A DNA stretch of 64,000 nucleotides from a virus. Its lineage: Duplodnaviria > Caudoviricetes. The notes below the pieces were generated by a model, which was not told where the DNA came from, searched no databases, and worked only from the letters and a program-made list of their open reading frames with translations. Positions 36,695-44,594 of this stretch are shown here, piece by piece. A program made the translations under genes and the position numbers. Where the stretch lies: the IMG/VR virus record IMGVR_UViG_3300010052_000170, positions 5,927-69,926 of that record; one strand, 5' to 3'. Every line of letters starts with the position of its first letter. Positions within the stretch are counted from its first letter, which is position 1.

Positions 36695-37173
36695 CTAGGC
36701 ACTTTCGCCGGGGCGATAGCTAAACTGTCGACCCACTTGTTCGGGCGGCCATCAGCGAGATCACGAAGTCTGTCCTCGATGTGTGCCGGGTCCCAAACTG
36801 CAGCGCACTCTAACCCTTCGCATTCAGAAAGCGTCGCCGGCCTTTCGTAGTTGGTCGCCTGAAAAGCAGAATGATGCAGCGCCAGGCGGCCGCTGAACCT
36901 GTCTTGCTTGAAGAAGTACGGCTCTACGGCGTTCCCAGGCGCGAGGCCGCGATTTCCGAGGTATCGCCACCCGCCGTTGGTGAGCGCGTATTTCATCGTC
37001 CAAAGCTTGAAAGCAACTGGCAGCACGGGAATGTCATCGAGTGCGATCTCTTCGCGATTGGTGCCGGCGAAGAAGAGGATCAAAGGTGAGTAGGCAACTT
37101 GGCAATAACAATGCCGATCCGGATCTAGGTCGATCCTGAATATGTTGCCGACATCCCATTTCGCCATCGCCCA
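36691..37173 (-). CDS. Imm26-like immunity protein (orphan)
   Basis: WDVGNIF.I.L...YCQV...ATLSECEGLECAAVWDPAHIEDRLRD...GRPNKWVDSL. Confidence 0.75.
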   Translation of the reverse strand, partial: WAMAKWDVGNIFRIDLDPDRHCYCQVAYSPLILFFAGTNREEIALDDIPVLPVAFKLWTMKYALTNGGWRYLGNRGLAPGNAVEPYFFKQDRFSGRLALHHSAFQATNYERPATLSECEGLECAAVWDPAHIEDRLRDLADGRPNKWVDSLAIAPAKVPS

Positions 37174-37256
37174 CTCCTGTATCCGCTCGTCGGCCAGTTT
37201 TATCATCGCCTAACCGCCCTTCGGCAAGGCATCCCCACTACTGAAAGGAAAGACCG

Positions 37257-37730
37257 ATGACGGTGACAACCGCCTCGGGGTCGAAGGTATCGATCGGCCC
37301 GACAACCGCCGCGGCGAATGCCGCTGCCTATGCCGCCTTGACCTATGTCCCCATTGGCGAGGTGCAGAACCTTGGTGAGTTCGGCGACCAGTCGAACGAC
37401 GTGACGTTCACTTCGTTGTCGGATGGTCGCGTGCGGCACCTGAAGGGCGCCCGTGATGCCGGCGTGCTCGCCTTGGTCTGCGGCCGTGATCCTCTCGATG
37501 CGGGACAGGTGGCGCTCAGGGCAGCTGAAAAAACCAAATTTGCCTATGCGGTCAAGATCGAAGCGGCGGATGCTCTCGACGCGAATGACACCAACAGCGT
37601 GTTTTACTTTCACTGCCTGGTGCAGTCGGCGCGTGACAATTTCGGCGAGAGCGATGGCATCGTGACGACGACTTTCAATCTCGGCATAACGACCGGAATC
37701 ATCGAAGTTCCAGCGACGGTGGTGCCGTAA
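37257..37730 (+). CDS. Major tail tube protein
   Basis: YVPIGEVQNLGEFGD....VTF.SL.DGRVRHLKG..DAG...L....DP.DAGQVAL. Confidence 0.85.
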   Translation: MTVTTASGSKVSIGPTTAAANAAAYAALTYVPIGEVQNLGEFGDQSNDVTFTSLSDGRVRHLKGARDAGVLALVCGRDPLDAGQVALRAAEKTKFAYAVKIEAADALDANDTNSVFYFHCLVQSARDNFGESDGIVTTTFNLGITTGIIEVPATVVP

Positions 37731-38143
37731 TGGATCTCGCCAAGTTTGATGGTTTCGCCAAGTCCTTCGATGAAGGCATGGTCGTCGATCTCGTCCACCC
37801 TGCAACTGGGGAGAAGCTCGGCATGTCGGTGACGGTCGCGTCGTACCAGTCCGAGCGGGTGAAGAAGCTGCAGCGCAAGATGGCCAACGTCGCCATGCGA
37901 GAGCAGCGCCGGAACCCCAAGAAGGCTTCCACGGTCGAGGAAGTCGAGGAGAAGGCTCACGACATCATGGTCGCCGCCGTGGTGGCCTGGTCTGGCTTCG
38001 AGCGTGAAGGCAAGGAACTGCCTTGCACTCCCGAGAATGTCCGGGCAGTCCTGACAAACCCTGATCTCTGGTTCATCGCCGAGCAGATCGATAAGGCCGC
38101 GGACGACCAGCAGGGTTTTCTGACAGCCTCGGCGCGGACCTGA
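37730..38143 (+). CDS. Tail assembly chaperone (gpG-like)
   Basis: Position after the tail tube; ELPCTPENVRAVL...WFIAEQID. Confidence 0.8.
   Translation: MDLAKFDGFAKSFDEGMVVDLVHPATGEKLGMSVTVASYQSERVKKLQRKMANVAMREQRRNPKKASTVEEVEEKAHDIMVAAVVAWSGFEREGKELPCTPENVRAVLTNPDLWFIAEQIDKAADDQQGFLTASART
38113..38119 (+). other. -1 ribosomal frameshift site G GGT TTT
   Basis: XXXYYYZ heptamer in the correct phase; -1 frame open from 38113 to 38478. Confidence 0.8.
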
Positions 38144-38478
38144 TCTCCTTTGCCGAGGCGAAGTTTGCCAAGCCAGGGGCGGACCTCGATCCGCCCGATG
38201 CGACGGCCTATCTCTGGGATTGGTATCGAGACCTGTCCGTGTCTTTTGGTGGGATGGGCGGGACCAACTTCCACACCGAGATATCGAGCTACTGCCGGCT
38301 AACAGGAGCTGAACCCAGTCCTTGGGACGTCGCGATGCTCAGGGCGGTGTTCCGCGTGCACATGGGGGCGGCGGTGAAGAAGCCGGCGCCAGGAGAGGGC
38401 GTCATAGCCACAGACGTCGATGCTACCGATGGCGCGGCCGTGTCGGGTCTGCTGAGGGGGATGGGGGCGATGAGATAG
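38113..38478 (+). CDS. Frameshift extension of the tail chaperone (gpGT-like)
   Basis: GFSDSLGADLISFAEAKF...YLWDWYRDLS...EISSYCRLTG...PWDVAMLRA. Confidence 0.75.
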   Translation, partial: GFSDSLGADLISFAEAKFAKPGADLDPPDATAYLWDWYRDLSVSFGGMGGTNFHTEISSYCRLTGAEPSPWDVAMLRAVFRVHMGAAVKKPAPGEGVIATDVDATDGAAVSGLLRGMGAMR

Positions 38479-38560
38479 TCTCTTTTTCAGTAACATTGGT
38501 TTCTGTCAGTGGCACTCTACATAGAGGCGTCTTATGCTTAGATCTCTTCGGGGGGATTCC

Positions 38561-40549
38561 ATGGCAGAGATGCATTACAAAGTTGAGGTGGAAAGCGACC
38601 ACATCAGAAAACTTACCAGTTCCAAGCCCGTTCCTGCCCTTGCGGAACTAGTTTGGAATTCGATGGACGCGGATTCAACTCGCGTAGACGTAGAGTTCGA
38701 TCGGTCTGAGCTCGGAATGCAAAGTATCTTCGTGCGGGACAATGGACACGGGATACCCTATGCGGAAGTGCCGAAACTCTTTGGCAAGCTTGGCGGTTCA
38801 TGGAAGGCCCACGGAAGTCGCTCAAAGACAAAATCGCGCATGTTGCACGGGAAAGAGGGCAAGGGACGCTTCAAAGCACTTGCTCTAGGTCGCGTCGCTG
38901 AGTGGCAAATTACATACCGCGAAGGAAGCAAGACGTTCGGGTACACGATCACGATTATCCGTGACAACTTAGTCGATGTTCGCGTCTCGGAGCTGACCGA
39001 AATTGACGCCGCGATAAAGCCTGGCGTCGAGGTGAAGATCACTGAATTGGATCGAGCCTTTAGGTCACTCGAACCCGAGCAATCGCTCTCTTCTCTCGCC
39101 CAGATATTCGCTTTGTATCTGACAGATTACTCGGACACCTCGCTTTTCGTTGACTATCAACGCGTCGATCCGTCGGCTTGGATCAAAAGCAGGTCAACGA
39201 TCTCCCTTGCGGCGATTGAAGAGGATGGGAACAGCTTCCCCGCCGAGGTTGAGTTGATAGAGTGGACCACCGCTTCTGAGCGTTGGCTTTTCCTCTGCGG
39301 GCCCGAAGGATTTCCATTCCATCGGATAAGTCCCCATTTCCATACGCCGGGCGTTCAGTTTTCCGCATATCTGAAATCTCCGTTTGTCAGCCATCTCCAG
39401 CAGCTTGGAATTTTGGACCTTGCCGAAATGAACATGTCGCTGCAGTCGGCTCTTGATGAAGCTGGGGGCAAAATAAAGCTCTTCTTCCAAGAACGAGATG
39501 CCCTTGCCGCTCGTACAGAAATCGATCAATGGAAAGCGGAGAGCGTTTATCCCTATCGAGAAGAACCTCGGACGACGGTAGAGCAGGCAGAGCGCAAGGT
39601 TTTTGAGATCGTCGCGCTCACCGTCAATCGGCACCTCCCAGAGTTTTCGGGCGCCAATCGTAAAACGAAGGCGTTTCAGTTGCGTATGCTCCGACAGGCC
39701 ATTGAGCGAGGCCCAGACGAACTTCAGCACATTCTTACAGAGGTTCTCGATCTCCCCGAGCGAAAGCAGCAGGAACTCTCGAAGTTGTTGGAAGAGGCTG
39801 ACTTAGCAAGTGTTATCAGCGCTTCAAAATTGGTGTCGGATCGCCTCAAATTTGTGCATGGGCTGGAGGCACTGCTCTTCGACCCGGACAGTCGGAAGCT
39901 CCTCAAGGAAAGGAGCCAACTCCATCGAATGATTGCGGAAAACAATACCTGGATTTTTGGCGAGGAATTCAATCTCACGGTTGACGATGAATCGCTGACT
40001 GAAGTTCTCAGAAAACACCGCAAGTTAGTTGGCGAAGATATTGTCATTGACCAACCTGTGAAGCGAATTGATGGAAAGGTCGGAATTGTCGACTTGATGC
40101 TCTCTCGGTCGGTCCCGCAAAATCACGCAGATGAGAGAGAGCATCTGGTGGTCGAATTGAAACGTCCGTCTGTGAAGGTTGGCGCAGACGAAATCACTCA
40201 GGTGAAAAAATACGCCTTTACGATCGCAGACGATGAACGATTTAGACATCTGAAGACACGGTGGAGCTTCTGGGTAATATCGAACGACCTTGATGCCTTC
40301 GCTCGTCGAGAGACAAGACATATGGGGAAACCCAAAGGCCAAGTGTTTCAGTCCGAGGACGGAAACATAGAGGTTTGGGTAAAGTCCTGGTCCGAAGTCT
40401 TAGCAGAGTGCAAGTCGCGGATGAAATTCGTCCAGGATCATTTGCAGGCAAATGTCGACAAGGAAAAGTCGCTTCGGTACCTCCAAAAAACCTACGACAA
40501 GTATCTGGCCGGGGTCGTGGAGATTGAAGCACCCGATGAGGCAGCCTGA
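38561..40549 (+). CDS. GHKL (MORC/HATPase_c_3-like) ATPase fused to a PD-(D/E)XK nuclease-like domain
   Basis: ELVWNSMDA, VRDNGHG, GKEGKGRF; C-terminal TWIFGEEF, IVDLML, LVVELKRP, EITQVKKYA. Confidence 0.85.
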   Translation: MAEMHYKVEVESDHIRKLTSSKPVPALAELVWNSMDADSTRVDVEFDRSELGMQSIFVRDNGHGIPYAEVPKLFGKLGGSWKAHGSRSKTKSRMLHGKEGKGRFKALALGRVAEWQITYREGSKTFGYTITIIRDNLVDVRVSELTEIDAAIKPGVEVKITELDRAFRSLEPEQSLSSLAQIFALYLTDYSDTSLFVDYQRVDPSAWIKSRSTISLAAIEEDGNSFPAEVELIEWTTASERWLFLCGPEGFPFHRISPHFHTPGVQFSAYLKSPFVSHLQQLGILDLAEMNMSLQSALDEAGGKIKLFFQERDALAARTEIDQWKAESVYPYREEPRTTVEQAERKVFEIVALTVNRHLPEFSGANRKTKAFQLRMLRQAIERGPDELQHILTEVLDLPERKQQELSKLLEEADLASVISASKLVSDRLKFVHGLEALLFDPDSRKLLKERSQLHRMIAENNTWIFGEEFNLTVDDESLTEVLRKHRKLVGEDIVIDQPVKRIDGKVGIVDLMLSRSVPQNHADEREHLVVELKRPSVKVGADEITQVKKYAFTIADDERFRHLKTRWSFWVISNDLDAFARRETRHMGKPKGQVFQSEDGNIEVWVKSWSEVLAECKSRMKFVQDHLQANVDKEKSLRYLQKTYDKYLAGVVEIEAPDEAA

Positions 40550-40617
40550 GGATAACGCGGTCCGCCTAATTGCCGGAGTCCAAACGGCTTGGATATGATC
40601 CTCGCGGGGTAGGGATC

Positions 40618-42045
40618 ATGACAGACGACATTTGGGCCGGGGATCATCTCAATCGCAAGGAAGATGCGCAGTTTCTTACTGCCTATCTGCTGCAGCGAAA
40701 CGAACTTGCGGTTGTTGTCGGCGACAAGGGCACTTCGATCAACGTGAGCGCACAATGGGGCGCCGGGAAGACGTTCTTTCTGACTAGGCTTGCCCGGCAA
40801 CTTCGAGAAGATGGCTATCGCGTTGCCGAGGTGAACGCCTGGCGAGACGATCATGCTGACGACCCGATTTTCGCGGTGATGTCTGCAGTGCTCAAGGCGC
40901 TCGGGAAGGGGACCAGGTCTGCGAAGGTTGGCAGAACGCTGCTCAACAGCGCAGGCAAGATTGCGGTGCGAGCGTTGAAGGGCGGAGTGAAGAAGGCTGC
41001 TGCGATCGTAATCGACAAAGACGATGTAGACGGCATCGCGGACGACCTCGCCAGGGTTTTTGCGGAAGCAGGAGAGGAGACCATCGGAGAATTTGCCGAC
41101 AAAGCACTGGAGCGCTTTGAAGACGGTCAGAAAGCAATTGATAATTTCCGTTCCGAATTGGCGAAAGGAGTGAAGGGGCAGAAGCCGCTGTTTGTCCTGG
41201 TCGACGAATTGGACCGCTGCAGGCCCACCTACGCGGTCTCCCTATTGGAGCGCATCAAGCACCTTTTTGACGTCCCCAATGTCATCTTCGTTTTTGGGAC
41301 GCACAGTGACCAGCTCACGCACACGATAAGGTCAGTTTATGGAATTGGCTTCGATGCCGATCGATATCTCCATCGCTTCTTCGACACCACGTATCAATTC
41401 GACAGCCCAAAAACTGTGAACTTCGTGCAGGCTAAATGGGATGCCCTTCAGTTTAAGGATGCGCGTTTCGTAGAGATACACGGCACCAGCCAGCAAGCCT
41501 GTATTGCTAAGATCGCCGACAACAAAAGGCTCTCGCTACGCGACATTGATCAATGCATGGACGCGCTTTGGACCATAACCGGTCAACTCGACCCGCGCGT
41601 ACCTGTACCTCTTTTGTATCTCTTCCCGCTGGTTGTTGCCTACCATCTGCGATTGACCGATGTATTCGAGTTTGGGGCGGGTGAACCGGCTCGGGCATCG
41701 CTGCGGCAAGATGAAATCCAAGCTTTTTATGACGGTTCGGAGATATACAGCCGACAGATTTACAGCCGCACATCTCAGAATCACATCTGGCAAACGATGT
41801 CTCTTTCGCCCTTGATTTCTGCGTTCCGGTCTCTGCTCGCCAACGGATTGAACCAAGATGTTGCGTCCGACAATCTCGGCTATTCATATGCAGAGCGCTA
41901 TCGAGACGCTGAATTCCGAATTCTTCACTCGAGCATGTCTCGAGGAGAAAAGGTCCCAACGATCCTAGAATCGTATGGGAGCATGATCAGACGGGTCGGG
42001 CGCATAGGAGCCACCCCTGAAAATGATGAAGGTGAGCGCCGCTAG
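40618..42045 (+). CDS. KAP-family P-loop NTPase
   Basis: AQWGAGKTFF (Walker A), VNAWRDDH, LFVLVDELDRCRPTYAVSLLERIKHLFDVPNVIFV, RYLHRFFD. Confidence 0.92.
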   Translation: MTDDIWAGDHLNRKEDAQFLTAYLLQRNELAVVVGDKGTSINVSAQWGAGKTFFLTRLARQLREDGYRVAEVNAWRDDHADDPIFAVMSAVLKALGKGTRSAKVGRTLLNSAGKIAVRALKGGVKKAAAIVIDKDDVDGIADDLARVFAEAGEETIGEFADKALERFEDGQKAIDNFRSELAKGVKGQKPLFVLVDELDRCRPTYAVSLLERIKHLFDVPNVIFVFGTHSDQLTHTIRSVYGIGFDADRYLHRFFDTTYQFDSPKTVNFVQAKWDALQFKDARFVEIHGTSQQACIAKIADNKRLSLRDIDQCMDALWTITGQLDPRVPVPLLYLFPLVVAYHLRLTDVFEFGAGEPARASLRQDEIQAFYDGSEIYSRQIYSRTSQNHIWQTMSLSPLISAFRSLLANGLNQDVASDNLGYSYAERYRDAEFRILHSSMSRGEKVPTILESYGSMIRRVGRIGATPENDEGERR

Positions 42046-42072
42046 CAGTGAATGTCACGCAAAACGTGAAAC

Positions 42073-42285
42073 TCAGTCCGAAGCTTTGAGATAACCATGG
42101 CTGATGAGCCAATCGCGGATGATGCGGCGGATCGCTTCAGAGCGGGGTGGTTTGTCCGTTTCATCCAGGGCGAAAGCGTCGATTGCGTCAGTGAGCTCCG
42201 GCTCCATGCGAACGCTAATATGTGGTTGCTTCCCGGTAGCCGGGCGGCCTCGTTTTTTAGGTGTTACATTTTTTGTTGACGGCAT
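42073..42285 (-). CDS. Ribbon-helix-helix (Arc/CopG-like) regulator
   Basis: KKRGRPATG...ISVRMEPEL..AID.F......RSEAIRRIIRDWL. Confidence 0.85.
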   Translation of the reverse strand: MPSTKNVTPKKRGRPATGKQPHISVRMEPELTDAIDAFALDETDKPPRSEAIRRIIRDWLISHGYLKASD

Positions 42286-42304
42286 ATTTTAGGTGTGCCA
42301 TAAA
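42255..42304 (+). promoter_or_regulatory. Sigma70-type promoter with direct repeats, driving the RAMP-like operon
   Basis: TTGACG (42276-81)-N17-CATAAA (42299-304); TTTTAGGTGT at 42255-64 and 42287-96. Confidence 0.65.
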
Positions 42305-42374
42305 AGTCGGGCCGAAGCAAGAGTACCAGTCTTGCAGCGGCCCTAACCGAAACGAACCTGTTAGCGAGGATCGA

Positions 42375-42593
42375 ATGGCTGCGAACAGCAGTACCATGCG
42401 CCGGCGTGCACGCTCAACTCATTCAAAACGCGAAGCAATCATTGTCGACCTGATGGCCCAGGCTGAAGGTGCCGGCAAAGCGCTTCGCGTTCTTTCGAAG
42501 GTCGTGGCCGACACGATGGAAGAGGTTCACGGACGCAAGTTCCGTGTCTGCATCGACCACGACACCCCGATGATTCTGATCCGGCTCGACTAA
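42375..42593 (+). CDS. Small hypothetical protein (HG..RV.IDH family)
   Basis: GAGGA RBS; resembles 7976-8215. Confidence 0.65.
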   Translation: MAANSSTMRRRARSTHSKREAIIVDLMAQAEGAGKALRVLSKVVADTMEEVHGRKFRVCIDHDTPMILIRLD

Positions 42594-42605
42594 GGGGAGG
42601 GACGG

Positions 42606-42914
42606 ATGAAACAGATCACTCGTCGCCTTTTTCTTCGCCAATCCGTCGCCGCCAGCGTTGTGGCTCCGGCCGTCGTCGCAGCTACCGGAGTGGTGGCCGA
42701 ACCGCGGCAGGTGCGAGATGTCATGGAAGAGCTTGAACGCTTGATCCAAAAGCAAACTGGTGTGGGCTGGTCGGTGATGCTAGCCGCCAACGAGACGATT
42801 ATCCTAGATGGGATGCCAAGACTGCCCATGGTCTGCTTCGCTCGAAGCTCGGACGGAACCCCGCAGTGGCAAGACAAATACGGCGTAGTCGAAACTGCGT
42901 CGGTGACCACCTGA
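42606..42914 (+). CDS. Small protein with twin-arginine-like N-terminus
   Basis: MKQITRRLFLRQSVAASVVAPAVVAA; GGGAGG RBS. Confidence 0.6.
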   Translation: MKQITRRLFLRQSVAASVVAPAVVAATGVVAEPRQVRDVMEELERLIQKQTGVGWSVMLAANETIILDGMPRLPMVCFARSSDGTPQWQDKYGVVETASVTT

Positions 42915-43043
42915 ACACCTGAATTCCGCCTCTGGCAGGGCGGTTTAGACGCGAAATTCGAGAGCTTCTTCGGCTCCCGGTTTCGCCAACGCGAACCCGT
43001 GCGTCTCGGGCCTGCCAGGGCCGGGATGCCGAAGGAGGCCATT

Positions 43044-43697
43044 ATGGCTACGAAGCAAGACGTCGGAATTGAACTGCCGGCCCTGAAAATCGGGCTGATG
43101 GAAGTGACCTTGATCGGCGACAGTCCGCTGATCGTCCATGCGTGGAGCCACAAGGCAAAGCGCGAAATGCTCGACAAACAGATGAAGAAGGCCAAGGGCG
43201 CCAAGGAGGCGAAAGACCCGAAGGCCGATTATGAGGCGAGCATGTATCGCTTGGCCGATGGTGGTTACGGCTTCCCCTCGGTGGGCTTCAAGGCCGCCGC
43301 AGTCACGGCAGGAACCAGCGTGGCAGGGTTGACCAAGATCGCGGCTCGGCAGGCTTTCCACGTTCTCGGTGAGGATGTGGACATCAAGGGTGCATTCGAA
43401 GGCTCGGTCTCTCGCGTCAACCTTGCCCGTATCGAAGGCGGAGATCCGCAGATGCGCGAAGACATGGTTCGCGTCGGCATGGGAACGGCAGACCTACGGT
43501 ACAGGGCTGAGTTCCCGAAATGGCATGCACGCGTTCTGGTTAGGTACAATCAGGGCGTCCTATCGGAAAGCCAGATCCTGAACCTGCTCAATACAGCTGG
43601 CTTCGCTGTCGGCGTAGGCGAGTGGCGGCCGGAAAAGGATGGGGCCTATGGGATGTTCCACGTTGCGACCGAAGCCGAACTGGAGACCTTGCAATGA
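43044..43697 (+). CDS. Cas7/RAMP-like protein (Vipr-like), putative RNA-guided effector
   Basis: EVTLIGDSPLIVH (RAMP beta1, like L...SPLHIG); YGFPSVGFKAA (like IPGSSLKGA); C-terminal G-loop AGFAVGVGEWRPEKDGAYGMFHV; AAGGAGG RBS; next to the GGY-NN array. Confidence 0.8.
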   Translation: MATKQDVGIELPALKIGLMEVTLIGDSPLIVHAWSHKAKREMLDKQMKKAKGAKEAKDPKADYEASMYRLADGGYGFPSVGFKAAAVTAGTSVAGLTKIAARQAFHVLGEDVDIKGAFEGSVSRVNLARIEGGDPQMREDMVRVGMGTADLRYRAEFPKWHARVLVRYNQGVLSESQILNLLNTAGFAVGVGEWRPEKDGAYGMFHVATEAELETLQ

Positions 43698-44209
43698 GGA
43701 TCGCCGGTTTCGAGTTTAGCGATGGTGCTCGGTTCCAGGCGGGAGCGCCGCACGACGCCAAGGCAGCGAAGGCCGTCGGCGACCATTTGGAGTTACTGAG
43801 GAAGCAGCACCAGAATGAGTTGACGCCGGAAGACGTCTTGGAAGACGCGAAGCACGACAACTCACCATTGCATCCGTACTTTGAATGGTCAGACAGTGCC
43901 GCTGCGCATCAGCACCGGCTCGCGCAAGCGCGAGGGTTAATCAGGAGCGTCGTCGCGATCTATGTCAGCGAGGATAAGCCGGCCGTGAGGACGAAGGCGT
44001 TCGTGCATATCGCTGAACCGTCTGCACCTCACTATCGAGAAGCATCGCACGCGATGAGCCAGCAGAAGACACGAAAGATGGTTCTTCAGCAGGCGTGGCG
44101 AGAGCTCCAAGCTTGGAAGTCCCGCTACAAACATCTGCAGGAATTTTCTGATCTTATCACCGTCATCGACGAGGTAGATCGGCATCTGCCAAAGGCCGCA
44201 AAGCATTAG
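43694..44209 (+). CDS. Accessory protein coupled to the RAMP-like gene
   Basis: ATGA overlap; LTPEDVLEDAKHDNSPLHPYFEWSDSAAAHQHRLAQARGLIRSV. Confidence 0.8.
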   Translation: MRIAGFEFSDGARFQAGAPHDAKAAKAVGDHLELLRKQHQNELTPEDVLEDAKHDNSPLHPYFEWSDSAAAHQHRLAQARGLIRSVVAIYVSEDKPAVRTKAFVHIAEPSAPHYREASHAMSQQKTRKMVLQQAWRELQAWKSRYKHLQEFSDLITVIDEVDRHLPKAAKH

Positions 44210-44217
44210 GGCTTCAA

Positions 44218-44590
44218 GGCAGGCGGGGTCTGGCATGTCCGGGTTCGGTGTGCCCTGGCGCGCCATGGTTAGGCAGGTGAAATGCGCGGAGCCGGATGCC
44301 CATCCGGCTGGCGAGGATCAAGGTAGGGCAGGCGTGGTAAGTCCAGGGAAGGTGGGACACGGCCGGGTAAGGTGCGGCAGGCTTGGCTAGGCGGGTTGCG
44401 GCTAGTCGCGGCACGGCAGGCAAGGCAAGCCTAGGTCCGATTTGGCAAGGTATGGCTTGGCTAGGCAGGCAAGGCACGGCGAGGTTCGGCGCGGTAAGCC
44501 TAGGTTCGGCGACGCATGTTATGGCAGGCGTGGTATGTTAAGCTAAGGCATCGTACGGTGAGGCCGGGCCTGCTCTGGCGAGGCAGGCAA
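44218..44590 (+). ncRNA. GGY-NN pentamer array (putative guide-RNA precursor, 7 units)
   Basis: Strict 5-nt periodicity; eight 4-nt GGCA breaks at 44218, 44272, 44327, 44376, 44415, 44464, 44523, 44582; begins 8 nt after the accessory stop and ends at a terminator. Confidence 0.85.
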
Positions 44591-44594
44591 ACGG

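Noticed and set aside
44214-44477. 87-aa ORF MPCLPSQAIPC... and overlapping ORFs 44516-44749 and 44543-44758
   Set aside because: Pro/Ala/Arg/Leu-rich by-products of the GGY-NN periodicity; no RBS or protein-like features
44218-44590. Canonical CRISPR array
   Set aside because: No 25-45-nt direct repeats with unique spacers and no cas1/cas2; the periodicity is 5 nt
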